From positions 992,001-1,056,000 of the forward strand of contig LSRY02000008.1 of assembly GCA_001643675.2 (NCBI GenBank): a DNA stretch of 64,000 nt, read 5' to 3'. Position numbers and translations under genes: made by a program. This DNA comes from Monocercomonoides exilis PA203 (taxonomy: Eukaryota; Protista; Preaxostyla). The notes beneath the pieces are model-generated. The model searched no databases. It saw nothing but the letters and a program-made list of their open reading frames with translations, and had not been told where the DNA came from. Below are positions 40,400 to 52,989 of this stretch, piece after piece; the first letter of the stretch is position 1, and every line of letters starts with the position of its first letter.

Positions 40400-42521
40400 A
40401 ACACACTTGCCTCCATTTCACCATAATTGTCTCATGCATTTACGCCACAGCACCATCCTCCATACATCCAACAGGACCCAAACCACAATCTCAGATACGC
40501 TCTTCTCCTTTAACAACCATAAAATCATCATCAAGCCCTTATCTTCTCTTTATAGATTCTTCCACTCCAGAAACTCAAGCAGCATTTCCTTCTCCGCATC
40601 CTGCGACATATTCATCCTGTCTCTCCAATCTGTCTCCAGCACCCTCCATTCTGCTTTCACCCCAACATGAGCCCTCACTCTCTGCTGCAACACACATTCG
40701 ACGACCTAATTATCAAATGAACTTGATATAGCACAAGCACTTTTCTCAGCAAAAAGCGTAACGTACAAAATTACGAAAGAGTGCCATTATGCCTCAGTGC
40801 AATGCTTTATGTCCTTTTCGCACTGCCATTTTGCAGCGCGATCGATCCTGTCGCTTGCATCAGTACCTCTGCCGACATCTCCAAAGCTGTGGTGTTCATC
40901 ATCACTACATCACACGCAAACATCCGCACCGCATGCATCTTCTCCCACTCCACAAACTTCCTCGCCTTCCATTCTTCCTCATTCACATCCCACTCTTTGC
41001 TCGCATTATGCACAAACTCCTTCACAACTACCCACTTTATTTGCAAGCATTTGCCTGGCCTATTCAACCTCATTCTGTTTTTCATCGTTTGCATTAATCC
41101 TTCTCTCTCTCCTTCCTTTTCTTTTTCTCCTCTTCCTCTTCCTCTCCTTCCTATCCTTCTTCTTCTTCTTCTTCTTCGGTTCGACTTCCCTCTGTTCCAT
41201 CAGCGCCTGCTACACACTTATCTCATTCAAAGATATCTCCTCAACGGATCGCTGCCATCCCTCCTTCTTTTCCTCAGCATTCGCCCAGCATGCAAGTTCA
41301 AGGATTCCAATAAAGCATTTCGATTTCTTCTTTATCGCCGCCATCACAGTCATCAACATCTTCTTCTTCTTCTTCTTCCTCTTCTTTTCCTTCACTTTTT
41401 CTTTTTCATCATCATCATCTTCTTCTTCTATATCTTCTATTCCTTCATAATAGTATCCGCCTTTTCCTCTGTCTCAGCCGCTGCCCTCATCTTCCCTGTA
41501 CCCGCCATCACTCAAACAACCACGTCAATAGCACACACGCGCTCATCAACAGCTCACCGCTCTGAGATAAGCACCTCAAACACTCCATTTTCTACCACTT
41601 TTGAGTTAGCCACGCTTCGCACTTTCTTTGATGGCACATCGTCTTCTGTTTCTGCATCACTGTTGGCTCCGACGATTGTGCTTGGGGTATCTTCAACTGC
41701 ATCCATTGCATCATCTTCTTCTTCGTCGTCGTCATCGTCTTCTTCCCTTCCACCTTTTTCTTCCTCTGCTTCTTCTTCCTTGGCCTCTCTGACTTCTCCA
41801 ACATCTCACGCTTCCTTCTCTTTCTCTGCCCTTCTTTCCTTCTCTTAGTCACATCGCAGCAGTCACTCACGCAGGCAAGCACTCCATTGCATCCGTCTCA
41901 TTTGGCTCATCCAGGAAGCCTCCAACAATCTACTGCTGTTGCAGGCCCAACTTCCTCATCAGACTTGCCAGCTCCAGTCACTTCGTCTGCTATCATCTCC
42001 ACCACTTCCTCCTCATCTCTATCATCTGCTCTTTCTGCGCCTCTTTCCTCTTCCGCAACTTATGCGCCGCAGATTCTCCTTGGCACAAACTCTCCATCTT
42101 CACACACCTCGTCGCAGAAGCGCTTCTTCTATTCGCCTCCTCGTCTGTCCATATCCACCACTCCTCTTTACGATGTGCCACCTCCGATGCCTTCGTCCCA
42201 TTCGTTGCACAAGTGCTCTTCTTCTTCGCATCAGGAGATGAGGCGGTCGATGGAGCTGCACAAACACTGTAAGGCCAATGATACAAGCACATCGATGAGC
42301 AACTCGTCAGAACACACGCATTTGACAAACTGTTCAAAGCAGGTGCTTCCAGAGATGCATGCGCTGAGGCTGATGAAAAGAGAGAAGAAGAGGAATGTGA
42401 CAGATGAGATATTTATGATGATGAGGAGGATGTGTTGAAGGAACAGACACTCAAAAAAAAAAAAATAGAAATTGACGACGACGAAGAAGAAGAAGAAGAG
42501 GAACAGGAACAGGAAGAAGAA

Positions 42522-42556
<35 letters not shown>

Positions 42557-44560
42557 AGAAGAAACAAAATTGTGATGCAGATCCTCTGCTGCTATCTTCA
42601 ATGCCATGGAAGCGTCTATAGGAACAACCGCTGAGAAAGCGTGGTCTGTTAGAAATGGCATATGAAGCATCATAGCAGCGTAAACCCATCGTCTGTTCAG
42701 CCTTTGACTGTCTTCTCTGAATATACTCCTCTTCTACAACGAGCCTCTTGTCTGATGTGTTGAATGAACCCGCTTCCCCGCCTTCTGCACCTCTGCCTCC
42801 ATTCACTCACATAGCCATATCAGCTTATTATCCGCATCAGACGCCCCATCAAACACACACTCAAATGCATGCACTGACAGCATCGCTGAACGATTGCTCG
42901 GAATCTCCTTCGCATTTCCTGCTTCTGCTCATTCTCTGCTCTTCCGTGAAGCTTCAATTCTTTTCTCCGTTGTGAACTTCACCTTCGCAGAATCATCTAT
43001 GCTCCATCACAACAGACGCTGACACTCCTCAGCACAGTGGCTGCGACCACATCACAATGTGCTCATTCGCAAGGGAGATCAGCTCAACTTGGTTGAAAAA
43101 GATATCACACACAAACTCGTTCTCCTCTACCTTGTGCTCGAGCTACTCAACAAGTACGATAAACATAACCACTAAGTCTTCCACAATAACCTGCTTCATC
43201 ACTGCTTCACTCTCTATCCCATGCTGCACGAGGATCTCGCACGGACCCTGAGTCAGATTCCTCTTCGGCTTTGTTCCTCAGCTGCATATACACCATTTCA
43301 CCTGCATCTTAACTCAGCTTCATGACAGCGGCATGTTCAGCTCGCCCAGCACATTAACAGTCTGCCCGTGTGCAATTCGCACACGCATCATTCGCTGATT
43401 GCCTTTTTGGTTCAAGACACTGTTCATCAGCCATCGACCAGATAGAACAACCTCGTCACTCGTTCTTCTTAGTGCACTCAATTTTTCCTCCCTCTTCCTC
43501 CTCATCTTTTTATCACTTCGCATAAATCAAACAACTTTTTCCCATCGCTTCTTCATCACATTTGTCTTTTTTCTCAATTATTGACAAATTGTTCGCTCAT
43601 TTTTTTACAACAGCTTCACAGAAATAATCATTTCAATAAAACTTTTCGTTGTAGTAATGCTCGAACATTCCTCTGAGTCTCCTGCTGAATCGTTCTCCTT
43701 CCTCTTCTTGTTTTCGCTCCTCCAGCGCAGCCAGCACAATCGTTGCTGGTGACAGAACCACCTCCTCCATCCTCAGCCACATCACTGATAGCCCCTTCTC
43801 CACAATTTCCCCCACTTCATACACTGCAACACATCGCCCTTTCACTTCGTCGTCCAGCTTCATCACCGCACGCCTCGACTGAGGCGATCGCAACACCAGC
43901 CGCGCTTTCGCAGACGGCAGCAGCGACGGGTCAAACAGATCGTAGATCGATGGGAATATATTCGCATCCGCTGAAGAAAAAAACCGCTTGCTCTCAGAAT
44001 TCTTTCCCACCGAAACTGCAAGAGTTGGAAGCTGCGCCTCCTGCGGAACGGGAAGCTTCTCCAAAAGTGCCACATAGCAGGCACACACACAACATATCCC
44101 TATGCAGCACCACTTGCAGCATTACAGCATATCCTCGCAGCGTCTGCAGCGACAGCGGCATGTTCTGCGCAAACACCACAGTCGTATCTGAAACCACAAT
44201 CCGCAGCCGCCTCTGGATGTCGTCCATCGATGCTTCCAACGTTTATAATGCCTCCACTACAGATGCATATGAAGAATCAATTGCTAGCGCTGATGATGAA
44301 TATGAGGATGAAGAGCAAACTAGCTGCTTGTCCCATACAGCTTTCTCCTCTTCTCTTCTACGCCTCCGGAATGGAGAAGTTGATCTGCGTAATGCTCCAT
44401 TAGAAGAAGACGAAGAAGATGAGAACTCTGAGAGAAGAGACGACTGATGCGCTGCCACGGCCACAAGAAATTTAATGAGATATTTCCAAACACATCAGCC
44501 AGAAGAAACACAGGCTATTTAAACACAACATCCGCATTCTTATCAGAATGGCAAACCTGC
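40400..44560. pseudogene. Mosaic of decayed coding-like sequence, product unknown
   Basis: A GC-richer block with many short ORFs. Minus-strand ORFs 43633-44088 and 43994-44239 look like one frameshifted gene. Confidence 0.3.
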
Positions 44561-45099
44561 ATAGAAAAACTGCTTTTTTCGTGTAATATGAAAAAAATGA
44601 AGCGGGACATCTTTCAAAGACGGATGGAGACGAAATGAAAAGGAGAAAAAAACAACTCGTGCTTAGATGAAAACAAGTTGTTTGATGCAAACTTTATGAA
44701 TCTTTATTTGGGAAGAGATTGTATTTTTGAGTTTGCAATAAATAAAGATTTAATTAGAAAAATAATTTATTATTCTGCATTTCAAAATGATAACATTTAT
44801 TTTTGCTCAATGTTTACAACTTTTCGTATATCTTTCGATTGTTACGAGTGTTGTTTTGATGTATTTTTCATGTTTGATAATTTCTAATAAAAAATTCAAT
44901 AATTCACGCAAATCAAATATTATTTGTATTTCAGCAAAGGAAAATCATAAAAAACTGATTAAATAATTAAAAATTCAAATGAACAATCGAACAGATAAAA
45001 TGAAATTGAGGATATAATAACACTTAATTCATCTGATTCAAAAAGCTGGAAACAGTCGCTCACTTGAGTGTATTACAAAATAAAGTTAAAAATGCATAT

Positions 45100-47152
45100 G
45101 ATATCAACTAATTTGGATCCTGTTTTTCTTTGTAAAGCGAAATAAATATCCATAAATAACATGAATCAAATTTTAATGGGAACGGAATGATCTGCATTTT
45201 TTGATAATTTGTGATTTTTTGTAGGACAAAATTAAAGTCATGGAACTTTTCAAAAAAATATAGACATATTGAATTTTAAAATGTATTTTGAAATGAAGCC
45301 TATTTTTCATGGGGGAGGGGGGGGGGGTTGAAAACCTTCCTTCAAGCTTCCACGAGAAATTGGTTGGTTTCAAGGGGTGCAAAGCCACTTTGTTCATTCT
45401 AAATATATTTTTTGTAAATATTTTTATGAAATTCAATTATTTTTAAAAAAATATGAAAATTCGATCAAAACCTTAAAAGAAAAAATGAAAATACTTGTTG
45501 AAGAAAAAAGAAAAGCAGGGCAGAAAAAATTAAAGCATACGATGTTATCTTTTCAACACAGAAAATACATGAATAAATTAGAACGAATGGCACATATTGT
45601 GTATGATGGCGTCGTCAGGATCACAGACGCCAACAAATCTAAGCAAATCAGCCGCAGCAGCATTAAAAACGCAGTTCGGGCGTTGCGAACAAAAAGTGAA
45701 GTTGGAAAACCAGGGAGACTGCAGGCAATCAGCAAAGAGAAGGAAGAAACAGTTCTGGATGTGATCAAAATTGATTCTGTTTGTGGGAGCAGTTTAACAA
45801 TGAAGAAAACAAGTGAATTGGTTTGTGCAAGTTTTTTATTGAAACAATTCCATTTTTTCTTTTGAAGGAAAATGTTTTAAATGATGCGAAAAACGAAAAC
45901 GAGACTAATTAAAAAGTTTCGAATTCAGCAGTATTTGAATTTCAATAGCGACATCCCGATTTGAAAAAAAGCAAAACGAAAAGTTTAGACATAAATCGGC
46001 TGGCTGTGTCATGCAAAAGTGTGATGAAGCCCTGGCATCAAATGGTAACAGAATCACATGAAAAAAATCATTACACACCTTCATTAATATTTAACGTTGA
46101 TGAATCATCTTTGCGTATCCCTTCTTCTGCCAGAATTAGTGTAATTCATCCATCCAACCAAAGCGCTGGGTACAGTAAGGAAGCGCAAAGAATGGACAAT
46201 GCAACATTTGCTGCTGCCGTGGCTGTTGATGGTTATTCATTGCCTTGCATCATTCTCTGGCCAAGTGTTAAACAACCGGACGAACTGAAGCCTCTGCTCT
46301 CTCCAACTCTGGACATCTGGCCTAACAAAAGTGGCTGGATGGACAAGCAAAACTTCAAGAAATATACAGAAACAGTTCTCCTCCCTTCCATCGTTGAAAG
46401 AAGAAAGCACATGTCATTTGAAACAGAGAAATGCCTTCTTTTCATCGACTCTCATTTTTCTCGCGGGGATCCTTCAATTTGGAAAGCCTTTTCAGAAAAT
46501 TACATAGATGTCGTAACACTCATCCTCCACAGCACTCATTTGTCTCAGCCCCTCGAAAGAGGAGTATTTGCCACTCTCAAAACTTCTCTTTCTTCATCAT
46601 TTGATGTTCCATCATCTACTTCATCGTCTGCTTCAAGAAAAGCACTTGTCGACGTGCTTCCTCAAGAAATTCACTCCGCTTTCACTCCTTCTGTAATTAA
46701 AAAAGCTGTTAAACAAAGCGGAGTCCTTCATTATACGTTCGGTCCGGTTCTTCGCAAACTACCGGAATCATCAAAATACTCTCTTCCTTCCCATCGGAAC
46801 CGTTTCGATTATTTTGGAATGTTAATTACAAAAAAAGAACTTCTCGAAGATTGGGAAAGATTTTTAGGGAGAAATGAAGAAAAGGAGAATAAAAAAGACA
46901 TGAAACAGGTGATAGAAAACGAAAAAGATGAAATGATTGAATTCAAACATAAAATCAAAAGAAAACGCTCTGACGTTATTTTTGATGAACCAAACGAAGA
47001 GGAAAACGAAGAGATGCAAAGAAAACCAGGAAAAAGAAAGATAATTCGAAGAATTGATTCTTCTTTTTTATTTAATAAAATTTTTCTAAAATTTTCACTT
47101 CAAAAATATGTGTCAAAATAAAAAAAATGGGTTGGGGTTAAATGATAACCTT
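45100..47152 (+). mobile_element. pogo/Tigger-like DNA transposon, near full length, degenerate
   Basis: Transposase at about 45485-47121, with an intron near 45821-45867 and a frameshift near 45900-45960. Motifs IFNVDESSL, FIDSHFS and HSTHLSQPLERG. The 3' end GGGGTTAAATGATAACCT|TA lies at about 47151. The upstream GAAGCCTATTT/G-tract is shared with the 1-1422 copy. Confidence 0.8.
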
Positions 47153-47827
47153 ATATTGATCGACCTAACAAAAATTCATATCATTATTTTCGAAAATTGA
47201 TGTTGAGATTCTTTCTTGTTAATGAAGAGAATTTTATTCTGATTTCTAAATGAAATAAATTGAAAATATACGAATGGAGCTTGGGAGAAGACAAAAAGTG
47301 AAATAGACATGCAAAAGAAAAGAATGGGGAATATATATCAGTTTGCTGCAAAGAAGAAAGAAACTGAAAACGAAAATAAGTTATAGTTGAATGTCAAACA
47401 TATTTTGAGAATAATTGTCTTTTTGAAATCATCTATCAATGGATCATTGGGTTATGAATGATGAAAAGAAATGAATTTCTGAAAAAAAACAAATTGACTG
47501 AACAAAAGAAAAGAAAAGAACTTGAATAAAGAGAAGATGCTTGCAGAATGGAAGAGGATCAAGACCCAATGCTTCAATTGCAAAATAATCTTGCGCCATG
47601 AAGAAAAATAATGAAGGCCATCACCAACAAATATGATGGAGATTCTTCTGTTTATCGAGAGTGAAACATCAAAAGGAAATATATTTATTCGTTTGGATGT
47701 TATAAAAAGATTTGCATATGCAAAGAAACTTGTATTCTTTCACCCAAACGAGATTTGGAGAAGAAGGAGAAGAAGAGGAAGAGGAAGAAGAGGAAGAGGA
47801 AGAGGAAGAGGAGAAGAAGATGAGGAA

Positions 47828-48153
47828 GAGGAAGAGGAAAAAGAATCATCAATTTTTGTTGTGTTTATTTGATGATTGGGAGATGAACTTTCCAAATTAG
47901 CATACATATTGTGGGGGCTGTGTGTTTGTGAAGTGGAATGCTTGGAAAGCACACGTTGTGGAATAGATTCAGAACGAGGAAGAGGAGGAAAATGAGAATA
48001 TGAATTGGAGGAAGGAAACAAAGTGGAAGAAGAAGAAGAGAAAGAAAAAGAAGGTGGAGAAGGAAAAGATGATGAAAAGTCGAATGAAAAAAATATTCTT
48101 GAATAACATTCAATTGTCAATCATTCATTGAATTCACAATCTTCTTCTTCTTC
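47828..48153 (+). repeat. ~325-bp direct repeat, copy 2
   Basis: Matches 27017-27345. Confidence 0.9.
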
Positions 48154-48991
48154 TCTCAAAAAAACCTCCAAATCCGAAAAACAAGAACAAAAAAAGATTT
48201 TATTTCTCCCTTGCCATTTTCCAATTGCAAAAAGAATCTTGTCTTTCTTTCGAGAATGCACAAGTTTTCATCTCGTTTCATAAATCCGAATGTTTCAAAA
48301 TCATCACATTCATCTTCTTCTTCCTCTTCTTCCTCTTTTTCCTCATCTCCTACCCTTCCTCTTCCGCCTCCTATTTCTTTTTCTTCTTCTTCTTCTCTTT
48401 CTCCATCTTCACTTTCTTCCTCTTCTTCTTCTTCTTTTTCATTTACCCTTCTCTTTCCTGCTTTCTCCAACATTTCGTCCTTCATCCAGTCATCCTCCCG
48501 CCTTGCCACTGGCCTTTTGTCGATTTCAATATTTTCCGCTCAGAAACTTGAAGCAACAATTAAATTGGCGAAGATGCAGAATGAAGAAGTGAGCATGTAT
48601 TTTAAGTATTGCTCCCTTCTCTCTAATACCGGTTTCACTCATTTCTGCAGTGCATAAACACCCATCCGAAGCAACAAATCCCTCTTTTCACTCAACTTCA
48701 ACAAATCCTCTCTCTCTCTCTCTCTTTCTTTTCCTTTTCTCCTCTTCTTAAATGTTTGAAAATTCTGATTGAAATAGAATGTGGAGATTTGACAGATCCA
48801 ATTTTGATTATTATTCATTATTTGATTTCATTGTTGTTCTTTTCCTTTTTATTTTAGTTTTGTTGCAAATGTTAGATATGAAAAAAAGACTTTTTCAAAA
48901 AGCAACTCAATTAATTATTGAAGAATGAAATGATAAAAATAAAAGAATATATATAATTTTTGAGTTACAGAATAAATAACGTCTCTTTAAC

Positions 48992-50551
48992 TCAAACATT
49001 TATAGAATAATCCGAAAAGCTCAACGATAAATAATCATGATATTTTTCGTTGAGAAAATCAAAGGTTTCATGAAAACTGGTGATGGTATCTTCATATCCT
49101 TCTTCTTCCATCTTTTCTAAAACCTTCCTTTTCGTTGCCTTTCTTTTAACTTCTTCCATTTTGTTATCCGTCTTTTTTTTCAATTTCTTCGAAACATTCA
49201 AAAAGAAATGCAAGTATTTACTTAATATTTTGTCTTTCAATGTTGATTGATGAATTTCCTCCAAAACAGAACCAATAGCACCACTATTCAGCAAGTCTTC
49301 AATTTCAACAGCTACGATCACAGCTGCTTCTCTAAAATAATAAATGCACCAATTGCTAATTTCTTTGTTATTTTCTCTTGCTGCTCGAAATACTTGAACA
49401 ATTCTGCCGATTAGCCCAACAGATTCTTCATTCCTCTCTTGGTACAAGGATAAGAAAAAGAAGATTGTGCTCAGCCATCTCCTTATTATCATAACTTTTT
49501 TTGATTCTTCTTTGCTCATTTCCTCTTCTTTCTTCTTCCAATCAACACTTCTTGTCAACTCTTCCAGTTCTCTTTTTGCTTCTCTTGCAAAACACAATTC
49601 ATTCTCAATCACCCCTTCAAGATCGTGATATTCGTAATGTCTACTCATCAGAAACTCCCAGGCAGACTGATAGGCAAGTTGTGCCAGATTGTGATGTTCC
49701 TGATGATATTGGATTATCTCTTTGATTTCATTCAAATACAGTTCTTTTAGCCCTTCCTAATAAAAATCGGAAAAAATCAATAACTTCAAAAATGAAATAA
49801 AAATAAACATACACTTAATTCAATATTGCTCAAAGCCAGCAAGGCAATTTCCACATCCTTTTGAACTTCCTCTGTTTCATCTTTCCTCGAGGCAACCTTC
49901 AGAATGCAGAGAATACAACTTGCTGATATAAATTCATATGAAGGCCTGCAGGTTAGCAAAAGATAGCATTCGCAAAGGTCAGTCGAAAGCCTTTCATCCT
50001 TTTCTTCTTTTTTCTCTTCTTCTACAATGATCATTTTCTCGAATCTTTTGTTCAATGAAGAATACTCAAAACCTGAAACCCACATGTTATTCAAAACGAT
50101 GCAATATCCAAGATGTTTCAGCAAATAAAAAGCATTTTCAATTTTCACTTCCCCTTCTTTAATCATTTCGTCCATTTCATTGAACCATTTTTTTGTGAAG
50201 ACAGATTTGAATTCTTCTTTATTCATTTCTTCAATTATTTCATTCATTTCAAGGATTTTCTGCTTCTGTTCGGTTTCGTTGCAATGTTCCAACTGTGAAA
50301 GCTTCTCTAAAAAATTTGAAAAACCAACAGAGAAAAAATACACATTTATTTATTTTATCATTTGTTTCTGATAAATTCCAGCATACCCAGAAACGTTTGT
50401 GTTTTTGAATGTGGCTGCAAAATCGTAAAATTATGTCAAAACAACAAAAAAATTCATTTTCAGAATTATCACGTAATATTCGCATCAAAATAATTAAAAA
50501 TACTAAATAAAAATATAAAATAATAGCAGGAGTCTTAACCTCTTTTGCCAT
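48992..50551 (-). CDS. Family-A protein, probably intact and spliced
   Basis: Exons of about 49814-50310 (EQKQKILEMNE...DLCECY...VEIALLALSNI) and about 48992-49757 (YLNEIKEIIQYHQEHHNLAQLAYQSAW...KMEEEGYEDTI). The first exon near 50500-50551 is tentative. Confidence 0.7.
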
Positions 50552-50649
50552 CAATGACTTTTGCCTCAAAACAATCAAATCAATGAAACAAAATTATCTT
50601 GTTTTTGTGCAAATTAATAAGGGTGACAAACCTATAATTTTATAAGTGA

Positions 50650-52000
50650 AGATTTTATATTGATGATGTGCTGCATTAAAGCTTTGTTTGTGCTGCTTAG
50701 GTGCACGACTGTAGATACACTCATGCAAGTTATGGCACCACAGAAGGGCAATAATTTTGTTAACAGATGGAGGAGCGAGTGGCTGTTTTCCAATATTGTT
50801 TGCGAAAAGTGAATTGGTGAGTAAAATTATATGAGATTTGAACTTGGTAATAAATTACAAAACATATGGCATAACGCTGGCTGCGATATTTTGATGAAAA
50901 ATAACTCAAGCAAGATGCAGAAAAAAAGCGAGGAGAATTTCAGAAAGATTGAATTGAACCTCTTGTTCATTTCGAGGGAAATGCGTTGCACTTGGCATAT
51001 CTTTTGCTCAGGACTTGCTTTATATGGTTTTTGGGTGGAAGATTTTCTTTGTGGAAAAGGAAAGGGAATTGAGGGGTTGGATAATGGAGGAAGCGAGTTG
51101 AGCAAAACACTCAGCAGGCCTTAACAACAAACGCATTTCCATTTACGCGAAACACGTTGGAAAACTATCAGTAAAGACATGGCGTTGAATTAGTCTTTGA
51201 AAAAGAGTTGATTTCTTGGTTATTTGGATAATATAATCTTTCACTTGCATCATTATTAGATTCATTAATGATTTTCTGCTTTCGATGATTTTCTATGCCA
51301 GCGATTTGTTGTCTAGTTGTCTGAATTTTTTGAAGGAAGAGAGGCAATTTTGGAGAGCAAGAAAGCCAACTGGGCTGATAATTACCAATCCATTGGAGAT
51401 GAGAAAATATTTAAATACCAAAAAGATGGTTTGTTTTTTTTTTATTTCATTCATTTTTCTTTAATGACGTTCTTTTAGTGAATGCAAATTGACCATGAAC
51501 AGGAATGCCACGAAGAAAGAGAGAAATCTTTTGAACCTTTTTCAAAAGAGAAAGAAGTTTTGAGATTATTCATGTTTGGATTGCTTTCAACGACTTCATT
51601 CATGGCTTCCTCCATCTGTTTTGCATGTTACATAACCGGACAATGCTTAACATGAGCTTGCAAGAGAGAGAAAAGCAGTTTATTTGGCTTATTTGTTGAA
51701 AGCATTTGGAAGAAGCGACTCTTTTATCGGGGCTGATGAACTGGATGGGCATTCACATTCAAAAAGCATTCAACTTGTTTTGTGATTTGTCATAACTCTT
51801 TGCCATTTCAGAAAACTGTTTGATGGAAACATGCAACTGGAAGACTTTATAACAAGACTCACAATTTTGATGCAATTGGCAGAATTGGATGAAATGTGAA
51901 AGAAATTTAGAAATTGCAAGGGATTTTGAGTGGGAGTTGGAGTTGGAGAAATTCAAAGTGGAGAAGAGAAAAGAGGGAAGATGCAACGTTGGTCAAGAAA
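50650..52000 (+). pseudogene. Highly decayed transposase-like relic, possibly Kyakuja-Dileera-Zisupton (KDZ)
   Basis: Frame-hopping fragments appear in KDZ order: RYTHASY (CxC-like), SIGDEKIFKY, FGLLSTT..IHGF, DGHSHSKSIQL and FDG..ATGRLYNK. Many stops. Confidence 0.3.
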
Positions 52001-52807
52001 ACAAGGAAAAAATGGTTGTGAAGAAGAAAAGCGGCTTTGGGGAAGAAAAAAAGAGAAGATAAGATAGAACGAGTGGAAAACAATTTTCTGAGGGAAAGAG
52101 AGAATAATTAATTTGGAGAAAGAAAGAGAGAAAGAGAGAAAGAAAAGACGAACTGTCTTCTTTGAAGATTATTCCTTCACTTTTCATGTTGCGAAGACTG
52201 AAGAAAGCAGAAGAAAGGAAACAAAATAATCAGATGTTGGAATTGAGAAAAGAAGAAGAAAATATTTGAAATAATTATTCCGGCAAACGCCCGAAAAGAT
52301 GAGCCGAAAGGGAGAATTTTCATGGAGAAAAATGAATAAAGTGGATTAGAAGAAAAAGAAGAAGAAGATAAAAAGGCAAAAGCAGAGAAAATCAAGCAAA
52401 GAGAGATATTTCTCCGGATGATGCTTATTCTCCGGATTTAGTTCAAAAATATCAACAAGTGAGATTTTGAGGATATAAGCAGAAGACGGGAAGAATAATA
52501 GTAAAAAAAAGCAAAATGAAAAAGAAAAAGCATTTCATCAGATGATTAAAGCGAAGAAGGATAAAATTTTGACAGAGAAAAGAGAGATGGAGAGAAAAGA
52601 TTATCCTGTGAAAGATGAAGAAAGAAGGAAAAAGATGAATGGAGATGAGAGAAATGAAGAAGAAAGGAAAGGAAAATGGAAAAGATAAAGAGAAAGATAA
52701 GCAAAAGGTATAGCATATTTAAATCAATGAAACAACTACAATAAAACTCATGAAATAACATTGCATTGAAATTTTCTTCATCGCCATCATCTTTTTCTTT
52801 GTTTTAT

Positions 52808-52921
52808 TTCTTCTTCTTCTTTTTCTTCTTCTTCTTCTTCTTCTTCTTCTTCTTCTTCTTCTTCTTCTTCTTCTTCTTCTTCTTCTTCTTCTTCTTCTTC
52901 TTCTTCTTCTTCTTCTTCTTC
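52808..52921. repeat. (TTC)n microsatellite
   Basis: About 37 near-perfect units. Confidence 0.95.
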
Positions 52922-52989
52922 CTGCTAATCTGTTTCTTCTTCTTTTCAGTTGTCCAAGTGAATGAATGAATATTTATCCCTTCGATGTA

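Noticed and set aside
51030-51260. Faint resemblance to a non-LTR reverse transcriptase (GGRFSLWKRKG...LENYQ)
   Set aside because: No RPI, QG or Y/FxDD motifs follow, so the match is too weak.
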